64,000 nt of DNA from a virus: positions 1 to 64,000 of the IMG/VR virus record IMGVR_UViG_3300045988_108509. The stretch is one strand, 5' to 3'. The notes beneath the pieces are model-generated. The model searched no databases. It saw nothing but the letters and a program-made list of their open reading frames with translations, and was not told the DNA's origin. Below are positions 49,158-57,702 of this stretch, piece by piece (positions within the stretch are counted from its first letter, which is position 1; each line of letters starts with the position of its first letter). A program made the position numbers and the translations under genes.

Positions 49158-49481
49158 TTATATGTAATGCATGTACCCATCTCGGTGTATAAACCTTCCC
49201 GATTCAAAGCGCTCAATATCTTCAGGGCAAATAGGGCCCGAATCCTCTCTCCTGGCTTCAAACCAAAGCCCCGGCTTACGAAGTCGGCAAGTTATAATAT
49301 AATTGAAGCAATTGTGCGTAAAATGGAAAACAGATCCTACAGGGAAATACCTATCAGCTTGAAATACGATTCTTTTTCGTTTAGTATCAAACGTGATATC
49401 TCCTACTATCTTAGCCACGTAATAGCTTCTGCCATTTAACGTTTCATCTGTTTGTGGTATCCAATAATAACCTCTTGCCAT
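49158..49481 (-). CDS. hypothetical protein (start moved to MARGYYW)
   Basis: ORF track 49158..49550. The N-terminal 23 codons overlap the next small ORF and a hairpin. Confidence 0.45.
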   Translation of the reverse strand: MARGYYWIPQTDETLNGRSYYVAKIVGDITFDTKRKRIVFQADRYFPVGSVFHFTHNCFNYIITCRLRKPGLWFEARREDSGPICPEDIERFESGRFIHRDGYMHYI

Positions 49482-49500
49482 GCCACAAATATATAAAAAA

Positions 49501-49525
49501 AGTCGGACAAGACACATGTCCGACT
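49501..49525 (-). terminator. hairpin AGTCGGACA-N7-TGTCCGACT, followed on the minus strand by TTTTTTATATATTTG, 8 nt before the ATG at 49481
   Basis: Read directly. Confidence 0.45.
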
Positions 49526-49530
49526 TTATA

Positions 49531-49701
49531 TTACTTTGATTCATTTTCAAACCGCTTTATAAGAGAAGCAATATCATCACCACAAACAAACATCATTCGA
49601 CGTTCTTCTTTTGGTTTATGAGACACTGGGATGGTTTTGTTTATCTTAATCTGATTCGCCAGACCTCTGCCTAAACGAATATCAACTTTTTTACCTTTCA
49701 T
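49531..49701 (-). CDS. 56-aa small basic ORF (MKGKKVDIRLGRGLANQIK...)
   Basis: Hand translation; below the track cutoff. Confidence 0.25.
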   Translation of the reverse strand: MKGKKVDIRLGRGLANQIKINKTIPVSHKPKEERRMMFVCGDDIASLIKRFENESK

Positions 49702-50008
49702 GAATTATTTGTTTAAACAGACCAATTCCATCTATTATAATATGACCGCTTTGCATACGACCATTATTAGGATTATGTAGAAAATTGAAACCACTTTCTT
49801 TTTCCTGTCTTTCAAAAGAACTGATATCCTTTCCTCTACGGGCTCTTTCAAAAGCTTTCTTGAACAACTTACCTCTAAAGGTCTTGACGAGGATCTTGGT
49901 AGCGTTATTGCCGGCTTTTACCATTGTTTTCCTTGTCTGGTCCTCCGAGACAAAACTGCTTCGGAAAACATACGATGCTGCTGCTTGTATATCTTGTTTA
50001 GTAATCAT
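49691..50008 (-). CDS. hypothetical protein
   Basis: ORF track. Confidence 0.5.
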   Translation of the reverse strand: MITKQDIQAAASYVFRSSFVSEDQTRKTMVKAGNNATKILVKTFRGKLFKKAFERARRGKDISSFERQEKESGFNFLHNPNNGRMQSGHIIIDGIGLFKQIIHER

Positions 50009-50057
50009 ATGCCAAACATTCCTTTCAAGATACTATTTTTTATACTATATATCAATT

Positions 50058-50357
50058 TCATCTCATCTCTATCATATACGCCAAAAAGGATTCACTGGGA
50101 TCCTTTGGATTTACGCTCAGTTGAATTATGCAATTGTAAAGATAGACCTTAAGTTCATAATTATCAGAGTATCTATCCCGTATGGTTTCAAATGTCTTAA
50201 TCAATTTTTCAACAAGTACTCTGCTAAATGAAAAAGGTTCTCTACAATTACCTTTAAATATGATATGATTTAAATCATTGGTATTATCAAATTCGTACTC
50301 TACCCGACTGTCGTTCATCATATTATAAATGATTGACTTTTTGATTTTAAACCCCAT
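50058..50357 (-). CDS. hypothetical protein
   Basis: ORF track. Confidence 0.5.
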   Translation of the reverse strand: MGFKIKKSIIYNMMNDSRVEYEFDNTNDLNHIIFKGNCREPFSFSRVLVEKLIKTFETIRDRYSDNYELKVYLYNCIIQLSVNPKDPSESFLAYMIEMR

Positions 50358-50376
50358 GTTGTTTTGTTTTTTTTAG

Positions 50377-50682
50377 TTAATATAGATCTTCTGAATACAA
50401 TTGTTCTCTAATGGCACTCCTATCTACTACCATTTCCTGATTATTGCTCTTAACAAGTTCAGATGCCTCCTCTCTTGTTAGAAACCGATTCTTGCTTGTC
50501 AAAAATCCTTGCACACTGCGGTTTTTATGGGCTATTCCGTATGCCGCAAGTTGCGATATTATGGAACAGTGTCTCAATCCACAAAATACGGTTCCAGATG
50601 GTATATTTACTGGACCGTGAGGCTTGTTCTTGTGATCTTGAACCCATATAGCTGCACATACAACAATTTCCTTATCACACAT
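50377..50682 (-). CDS. hypothetical protein
   Basis: ORF track. Confidence 0.5.
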   Translation of the reverse strand: MCDKEIVVCAAIWVQDHKNKPHGPVNIPSGTVFCGLRHCSIISQLAAYGIAHKNRSVQGFLTSKNRFLTREEASELVKSNNQEMVVDRSAIREQLYSEDLY

Positions 50683-50685
50683 AAT

Positions 50686-50964
50686 TTACATATTTAAAAT
50701 ACCGTTTTTACCAATATGCTTCTTTTCTTCTTCAGTAGGCCATTCTTTCTTGAACCTACCATGCCACGTTCCAGGAACCACCACCACCAGTTTATCATCC
50801 TTATCATATTCAATAGCGGCGCATTCAGAACAAAGAGGCTTGCCTTCATATCCCTTTAGCGACTTATCGTAAATACGATTCTTACAAGGTCTTATAAGAG
50901 CCCAGTAATATGATGTGGCTGTATTATCTATACAGCCACACTTTGAACATACAAACAAACTCAT
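50686..50964 (-). CDS. zinc-ribbon hypothetical protein
   Basis: ORF track; CSKCGC...CSEC. Confidence 0.5.
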   Translation of the reverse strand: MSLFVCSKCGCIDNTATSYYWALIRPCKNRIYDKSLKGYEGKPLCSECAAIEYDKDDKLVVVVPGTWHGRFKKEWPTEEEKKHIGKNGILNM

Positions 50965-51824
50965 CCCGCAATCTCCCAGTCATTAGACATAATATCATGT
51001 TCGGTTGGATTCCAATTTGATGCTACTTTTTGACCTGTATCTATCATCAATATATTTACGTCAAACATACAGATATACTTTTTACCCCAATCGATTCTTT
51101 TTATCTTACGACCTAATTTAAGCCGTTCTAAAGCCTGTTCGAATGTCATGCCATGACGAGGCAGTTTGAGATACTTTTCAAGTCTGTCGGCGGCTTCATT
51201 TGGTGTATGGCCATCGTATTCGAAAGCAGTTTCTCTTTCAGGAACATCAAACAAATCCCAGTATTTGCTTTCATAGTGATTAGATACCTGACCGGTAGGT
51301 AGGATCGCCATCACAATAAACCAATCATCAGAACCGAAGCATTTTTCTCCGTCGCTGTGTCTCCTTGATTTGCAAACTTCAACCTGTCCGTTTCTGGCTA
51401 ATAGATTAAAGAAGGCAGCGTTATACAACATGCGATACCGATACAATTCATTGAAAGTGTGGTATCCGTCAGAGACTTCTCCCACGTCTACAGGCTTCTT
51501 GTTTTGAATACTACCCAAAATATTCTCTATATAGAGCTGTATTTTATACATACCCATTTTGGTGTGGCCGTATTTGTTCAAGATATTATTGACATCGTAT
51601 TGTATATTAAAATCTTTTTCAAATTCTACTTCAGGATGATTAGGATAGTAGTAATCTACTGATGCTTCTAACACAGACTTGATATGCTCTACTATTCTCG
51701 TGGCATCATCATGTTTTAAGAAATTCTTGAATCCCTCAACGAATTTAATATCTTCTTCGATTGTTGATTCGAACTCTTCTTTTGTCATTACTCTAGCCAC
51801 ATCTTTAAAATCTTTTAATTCCAT
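50961..51824 (-). CDS. hypothetical protein (287 aa)
   Basis: ORF track. Confidence 0.55.
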   Translation of the reverse strand: MELKDFKDVARVMTKEEFESTIEEDIKFVEGFKNFLKHDDATRIVEHIKSVLEASVDYYYPNHPEVEFEKDFNIQYDVNNILNKYGHTKMGMYKIQLYIENILGSIQNKKPVDVGEVSDGYHTFNELYRYRMLYNAAFFNLLARNGQVEVCKSRRHSDGEKCFGSDDWFIVMAILPTGQVSNHYESKYWDLFDVPERETAFEYDGHTPNEAADRLEKYLKLPRHGMTFEQALERLKLGRKIKRIDWGKKYICMFDVNILMIDTGQKVASNWNPTEHDIMSNDWEIAG

Positions 51825-51847
51825 GATTTGTTTTTAATTAATTGTTA

Positions 51848-52516
51848 CTATACTTTCTTTATCCTACAATACAAACCCCATAAGAACTCAGCAGAAAAAC
51901 CATCCCATACATTATTCTTCTGCCAAAGTTCTACTTTGTTAATAAACCAAGACCATGTGGGACCCTCATATGAAGAATCAGATGATTTTCCCAATCCGAT
52001 TTTCTCTATTTCATTCGCTACATCAGAATAAGGATCTAAATCGACTCCCCTAATCATATTAATAATATCATCCTTGTCTAACGTAAATTGAAACCGCTCC
52101 TTGTTAGTAGGCTGATCTTGATTCAATTTACCAGTCGCAAGCCATTCTCCATCATGATACAATTCGGCAAGTTTCTTTACCTTATTTTTAAGAAAATAAT
52201 ACTCTTGTATGACTTCTATAAAATCAGCTTCGTTAGCTTTACCCTCTATGAAGATAACGGTTTTGCTTCCAGGTCTATGATCGTCTAAGCTTGCCGGGAT
52301 TCCCAATATCGTCCATCCTTTAAACTCAGCTATCTTAAAACGCATGACATCAAACACCTTATAGAAATCATCACAATCTATAGATTCTATTACCTTAATA
52401 TCCTCTTCCGTAAATTTACCTCGTATTGGAATAACGTGATGACCAGGACATCCATCGGTTCCGAAATATGCAATTCTAACCATATCATCTACAATTTTAC
52501 GATTTTTGCAAAACAT
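51848..52516 (-). CDS. hypothetical protein (222 aa)
   Basis: ORF track. Confidence 0.55.
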   Translation of the reverse strand: MFCKNRKIVDDMVRIAYFGTDGCPGHHVIPIRGKFTEEDIKVIESIDCDDFYKVFDVMRFKIAEFKGWTILGIPASLDDHRPGSKTVIFIEGKANEADFIEVIQEYYFLKNKVKKLAELYHDGEWLATGKLNQDQPTNKERFQFTLDKDDIINMIRGVDLDPYSDVANEIEKIGLGKSSDSSYEGPTWSWFINKVELWQKNNVWDGFSAEFLWGLYCRIKKV

Positions 52517-52712
52517 TCATATAACACGGTACATCTACCACATCTCTTCTATGAAGTCCCTTATCAAAATAGGAAACCATATAAGTATTTTTACCTTCGT
52601 GATCAGGTCTGGGATCAAAACATTCAAAAAACGAATCTTGTTATACCTTCCAAATGACCAAGCATGAAAACAAATTCGCCACTGTATCTTTTATTAGCCA
52701 ATTCTTCTACAG

Positions 52713-52940
52713 TCATAATCTGTCCCCTCCTAATCCTGAATTGATGCTAACGTACTTAACACGGACATCATTTCCACGTCCAAGCTGACCCCAGCCGGGC
52801 GATGGCGTTCCCTTAGCCAGAGCAGAGACAGCCCTAAGCCGAGACCAGTCCTGCTTTTGCCTCATGGCTTCAGCCTCTTTGTAATACCGGTTACACAGTT
52901 CTTGATCTTCGTAACCAACGTAATCTTCCTTATTTTCCAT
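52713..52940 (-). CDS. hypothetical protein
   Basis: ORF track. Confidence 0.45.
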   Translation of the reverse strand: MENKEDYVGYEDQELCNRYYKEAEAMRQKQDWSRLRAVSALAKGTPSPGWGQLGRGNDVRVKYVSINSGLGGDRL

Positions 52941-53408
52941 ATAGAATACTTTTTCAACAAAAGTACGACATTCATGAATTAATTAGATTTAAAATAAAAC
53001 AATATGAATTAAAATAAAAACCCGATACGTTAAAATCGCATCGGGCCTGGTATTGAAAAAAAATAGGTTCAGATCTTGGGTAAAGATTCGAGCCAATTTT
53101 TAACATCTTTATATTTAGGGTCTTTGTCTATTCTATCTTTCAGTTCATGCAATGCTGAGTCCATAACCGTATTCGGTACGCCAATCAACTCTCCTATTAA
53201 ATACAATGGGGTTTTATTCGATTTAGATTCGTGTGCTATATTCATGTCAAAAAAAAGTTATGTGAAACAAACCGGCCACGGGTATTCTATTGCCCGCCGA
53301 CCGGTATAATATTTTTATTCTTTTTTTTCCAAACGGGAAAAACGGGAATGCGGGAATCATATTTTTTACTATGGCTCCCGCACCACCGGAAGGACCTGGA
53401 TCTGGATC

Positions 53409-53702
53409 TCAGGTCAGATCCTTCCAGTTTATTTTTTCGCCGAGGTAATCTTGCACGGCAAGCCATCTTATAAAGGCTACTCCTTCGGGAGCATCCGGAT
53501 CATCCAAATACATTAACGTAGCTTTCACCAACTCGTTCTCACATTTGAAGACCTTCGGAAAACCATCCGAATAGTACATTGCAAAGACATATTGGACATC
53601 GCCCCATGTCGCTTTATCCGGCTTCTTCGCTCCGCACTTTTCAAAAATATCTTTTATTTCCGGCTGCTTCCAGATCCTCTTGGATCCATCGACGTTGACC
53701 AT
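53409..53702 (-). CDS. hypothetical protein
   Basis: ORF track; followed on the minus strand by a GC-rich imperfect hairpin (about 53270-53305) and a T-run. Confidence 0.5.
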   Translation of the reverse strand: MVNVDGSKRIWKQPEIKDIFEKCGAKKPDKATWGDVQYVFAMYYSDGFPKVFKCENELVKATLMYLDDPDAPEGVAFIRWLAVQDYLGEKINWKDLT

Positions 53703-53795
53703 CTTCTTTACCGCCTCATCAGCGAGAGCATTAGAAAAATGGTAGCCGTAAGTATCTACATATTTCTGATAAGCTGGATCCTCTGCGTCTGCTCC

Positions 53796-54164
53796 TCAAT
53801 AAGAACGACCTCTGCCACGTCCGCGACCTCTACGCATCTGAGGTCCGTCACCGTAGTATCTGTCGTCTCCATAGTAATCGGTCGGGTAGGATTCGTAACC
53901 CATCCTCCGGTATTCCCGGTCCTCCATTTCATGACGACGTTCGCGCTCTTCAAGCCTTCTTTCCCTTTCTTCCAGCTCGTTTTCTCGCTCTTCCATTTCC
54001 TTCATCTTCTCATGCATACCGTAATGGTCGTAAATACCACCACCGTACCCCATGTACGTCCCATCAGAACGCCGGCTTCTGCCTCTGCCTCCACCTCGTC
54101 TGTCTTCTATCTCGTCATATCCAGGATATTCTCTGTGTCCTGAATTTAAATCATATACTATCAT
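53796..54164 (-). CDS. low-complexity RG/RGG- and Glu/Arg-rich protein (RGRGRGRGRSY, ERERRLEERERR)
   Basis: ORF track; composition read directly. Confidence 0.45.
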   Translation of the reverse strand: MIVYDLNSGHREYPGYDEIEDRRGGGRGRSRRSDGTYMGYGGGIYDHYGMHEKMKEMEERENELEERERRLEERERRHEMEDREYRRMGYESYPTDYYGDDRYYGDGPQMRRGRGRGRGRSY

Positions 54165-54171
54165 ATTATAC

Positions 54172-54666
54172 TTATTTCAAACGTTCTACAATTAACTTCT
54201 TTAAATCTTCGAATGAATCAGTAAGGTCATTCACCTTATTTTCTATACCAGCTATTTTACGATCCTGCTCTCTCGTTTGTTTGAATGCCGGATTGATGTC
54301 CTCTAATATAGATTCACAAGCCTCTATCTTGGCACGATGGGCATCTACGCTGTTTATTATGTCTTGACTGGTGTTTTTTATAGCATTCAGTTCGTTCATA
54401 ATCGGATCTATGCTGGTAGATAATGTTATGCCCATAGCCTTAGCCACATTCTGGGATTCCGGGACCGTATAGGTCTTGGTTTCGCCAGTGAGCTCTACCG
54501 TCAGATCCACCACGCGGGTCTGCATCGCCTGATACTGACCTGGCTGAGGAGGAAGATACCTGGGTTCGGATACGGCTACTACCTTTCCCAATTCGTATTT
54601 AGGTACTGTATTAGTATCAAGGGTATGTACCTGAAACCCTTTCTTCAAATCTGAAAACATGATCAA
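54172..54666 (-). CDS. hypothetical protein (possible structural or scaffold protein)
   Basis: ORF track. Confidence 0.5.
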   Translation of the reverse strand: MIMFSDLKKGFQVHTLDTNTVPKYELGKVVAVSEPRYLPPQPGQYQAMQTRVVDLTVELTGETKTYTVPESQNVAKAMGITLSTSIDPIMNELNAIKNTSQDIINSVDAHRAKIEACESILEDINPAFKQTREQDRKIAGIENKVNDLTDSFEDLKKLIVERLK

Positions 54667-54716
54667 AATATTAGTTAGGTGAAAATAGGGTGATGATCTT
54701 CATCACCCTACTGAAA

Positions 54717-55130
54717 TCATTTACCTGCTTTAACTTCAGACGCCTGGGCTGCCGCTACTGGAACACAGCAATCCATTAATCTTAACACGCCACGAACTTT
54801 ATTGAAGTACAGAAGGCGTTCTGTGCCATTTACCATAGCAGCACCCGTGACAGCTACGTTAATAGGGTTCACGACATTCACTCCCGTAACCGGGCAACAG
54901 GTGTCGGATCCTACTGTTGAAACTGTGCTGTTTGCCGGGACCGCAATCTGTACCGGTAGAGCACTTCCGGCTGTGGGGACTACTTGCCTTATTTTAAGAA
55001 GGATAAGACCCTCACACGGAAGGGCGATCCAAGCCCGTGGGTTAATACCGAAGACTGTATTTGTCGTACTGACAATAACATTCTTCGTAACCATCTCATA
55101 CAACGATCCTATTTTAGAAACACAAGCCAT
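54717..55130 (-). CDS. Val/Thr/Asn-rich beta-type hypothetical structural protein
   Basis: ORF track. Confidence 0.45.
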   Translation of the reverse strand: MACVSKIGSLYEMVTKNVIVSTTNTVFGINPRAWIALPCEGLILLKIRQVVPTAGSALPVQIAVPANSTVSTVGSDTCCPVTGVNVVNPINVAVTGAAMVNGTERLLYFNKVRGVLRLMDCCVPVAAAQASEVKAGK

Positions 55131-55318
55131 ATTAGCCTCCTCTCTTAATAAAATCAGACAGCAGCGTTATTATTGCAACATCCGTTGTTACATCCACATC
55201 CGTTATTGCAGCAACCTCCTCCGAATACCTGTCCCCAAGTATAAGCCTGGTAAGGAGAACAAGAGGGGTAGGCCGGGACGGCCGTCGGGCGTAATTGACC
55301 AACGATATTCTGGGTTTG

Positions 55319-56161
55319 TTACTGAGATAATGCCGAAGCTGTCAAAGCCGCTTTTTCTTCACGAAGTTGAGCAATAGTGTTCTGCATCTCCCTCATTTCC
55401 AACTGACAGAATTTGTCGTTGATCATAACGGTTTGGGCGTCAAGTTTCGCAGACAAGATATTGAATTGGCTTGTAGCTTGCTCACGATTGTTAGCCAGAC
55501 CTTGGTTGAGACCGTTCTGCAAGATATTGGTTTGTTCCAACGTGCGAAGCTGGTTATCAAAACCTTGCTGAGTAATCATTCCCTGAGTCTGGCAAGTGCT
55601 TTGATTGATCAACGAACTCAGATTGCAGCAGCAAGAGCTGATTTGATTTCCTATTTCACAACCTTGTTGTTGAACTGCGTTGATAACAGCCTGAGAAGTC
55701 ATACCTACCTGACCAGCTACTTTATCAATAGCACCCTGTACGTTGTAGATAGCGTTCTGAAGTTGAGTAGTAGAACAGTTCAAAGCAGAAGCAATCTGAT
55801 CTATGGCGCTACGATTACCTTGAATTGCCTGCATCAAAAGTTCACGACCGTAATCGTTATTCAACTGAGCCGGCAAACCATTGGCGCAACAATCACCGCC
55901 ATTTCCAAAACCGTTACCGAAGCCGCGTCCACCCCACAGCCAGAACAAAACAATTATCCAGAGCCACCAACCGTTAGCCCCACCGAAACCGTCCTGGTTG
56001 TTACGACCGTTCATCAAAGCCGCCACCAGATTCGGATCCATTTTATTACCACCTATCAAATTAGCAAACATGCCGGGAATCATTGAAAGAAGACCGTTAG
56101 TGGCTGCACCACCACCGTTAGCCCCGGCTCCATCTAAAAGGACGATTTTATCACCACCCAT
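55319..56161 (-). CDS. Gly/Asn/Gln-rich protein with one hydrophobic segment (GWWLWIIVLFWLWGG) and Q-rich coiled-coil tail; start moved to MGGDKIVLL
   Basis: ORF track 55319..56218. The upstream 57 nt are AT-rich and promoter-like. Confidence 0.5.
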   Translation of the reverse strand: MGGDKIVLLDGAGANGGGAATNGLLSMIPGMFANLIGGNKMDPNLVAALMNGRNNQDGFGGANGWWLWIIVLFWLWGGRGFGNGFGNGGDCCANGLPAQLNNDYGRELLMQAIQGNRSAIDQIASALNCSTTQLQNAIYNVQGAIDKVAGQVGMTSQAVINAVQQQGCEIGNQISSCCCNLSSLINQSTCQTQGMITQQGFDNQLRTLEQTNILQNGLNQGLANNREQATSQFNILSAKLDAQTVMINDKFCQLEMREMQNTIAQLREEKAALTASALSQ

Positions 56162-56343
56162 AATTTTATAGTATTTAATTGTTAAACATATGTGCATGAA
56201 GCACGTAACAAAGATCATGATTGCAGGGTGGAATATGGGTGTGTTTATTTCCTATAGAAGAGAAGTATTTTCAGAAAAATAAGAAGAGATGAGTAAATAT
56301 CACCATAGACTCATCTCTTAATCACTTTTTATTGTAATAAAAT

Positions 56344-56994
56344 TCAAGCCATGTCACACAACTTGAATTTATATTTATCAATTATATCATTCAAATCGCA
56401 ATCTGATAAGTTGAACCATTCTCTGTATATCCCTTTGATATCAAATCTTGCATGAAGCTCGCTCTCTATATCTTTATTCACATAAGCTATTAATGTTAAG
56501 TTATCTTCTACAATAGACAACCCAGATAGCCTTCTTTTTACATCAGAGCTTTTACCTATTTTATAAAAACCATTATTATTTCTTATTATATATGTAAAAT
56601 ATTTTATACATTTTTTATTATACCTATCGATAGATCTATGTATTATATCTAATACCCGATCGTCATTTTTAATATTACAACAATCAAATATATCATAAAT
56701 AAAATCTTTAAATAAAGATCTATCACACTTCATATAGATGATACACAGAATCGATTTGGGGAATAAATAATAGTCATGCCTAAATACATGACTATTATTA
56801 TCTATTATTTGTTCTCCATTATTATCATATCTATATGATATATAATCTATTCCATCCTTAAAATTAAAAGATGATATTACATCCTTAATCCAATGTTTAA
56901 AATCATACTTACATTCTAACAATTTATGAACATGTTTTGCGTCAATCATTTTTCTGTCGTTTATTAACACAAAAGGAATACAAGTATTATCCAT
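56344..56994 (-). CDS. KilA-N/Bro-N-like + T5orf172 (GIY-YIG-superfamily) domain protein; selfish/homing-endonuclease-like gene in an AT-rich island
   Basis: The motif FYKIGKSSDVKRRLSGL...ELH..F...REWF is typical of T5orf172/MUG113. The gene is markedly more AT-rich than its flanks. Confidence 0.5.
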   Translation of the reverse strand: MDNTCIPFVLINDRKMIDAKHVHKLLECKYDFKHWIKDVISSFNFKDGIDYISYRYDNNGEQIIDNNSHVFRHDYYLFPKSILCIIYMKCDRSLFKDFIYDIFDCCNIKNDDRVLDIIHRSIDRYNKKCIKYFTYIIRNNNGFYKIGKSSDVKRRLSGLSIVEDNLTLIAYVNKDIESELHARFDIKGIYREWFNLSDCDLNDIIDKYKFKLCDMA

Positions 56995-57281
56995 AATAAA
57001 AAAAATAGGCCCAAAAGAGAATGTCAGATCCCACTATGACAAACCCTAATGAGCCAAAAATATCTTTCAACATCAAACAACCAGAGGTGGGATCTCGTTG
57101 TTCATTGTTTCTGGAACAAAGATAGGAACAGGATTTTAAATAACAAATATTTTAATACTTTTTAAAACAAACCAGGGCCCGCATCACTGCGAACCCTGAT
57201 CTACACTAATCTAAACTAATACCATGAAAAACTTAAATCTAAAAACTAAAGAACAAACAAATGTATGAAAATGTATGGTTT

Positions 57282-57479
57282 TCACAAAGAATCTGTATCC
57301 TGTTCTTTTGTGTGATTCAAGACATGGGATATAGTTCTGATACTTAATCCGGTTTGATTTTGTATCAGATTATAAATATAGGATTTTGAAACTACAGTTC
57401 TTAATTGACCTAAATCATTCATAATGTTTTTATACATAAGATGAATGCTGTTGTTACGTTTGATGGTACTGATTCTCAT
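57282..57479 (-). CDS. small HTH DNA-binding protein (QTGLSIRTISHVLN)
   Basis: HTH-like segment read in the translation. Confidence 0.35.
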   Translation of the reverse strand: MRISTIKRNNSIHLMYKNIMNDLGQLRTVVSKSYIYNLIQNQTGLSIRTISHVLNHTKEQDTDSL

Positions 57480-57702
57480 TTCCTACTGTTATTAGTTACG
57501 TCCGGTTCTTACTTTTTCCTATTTCTATAATCCCTTCCTGAAACTAATATTGCAAACTTAATAAAAATAATTCATAAACAATGAAAATCTAACTTTTCTT
57601 GTATGTTATTGATATACGTGCATATATGAGAAAAGTGAGACTTTCACAAGCCTCACTTCCCAAATTATAACTATGAAAAAACTATATATATGTACACAAA
57701 AA

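Noticed and set aside
52988-53245. Minus-strand small gene (58 or 85 aa depending on a T-run length) and terminator hairpin 53020-53044
   Set aside because: The printed T-run at 53096-53101 (6 T) disagrees with the ORF-track translation, which implies 5 T. The frame and extent of this ORF could therefore not be fixed, and it is not reported as a feature.
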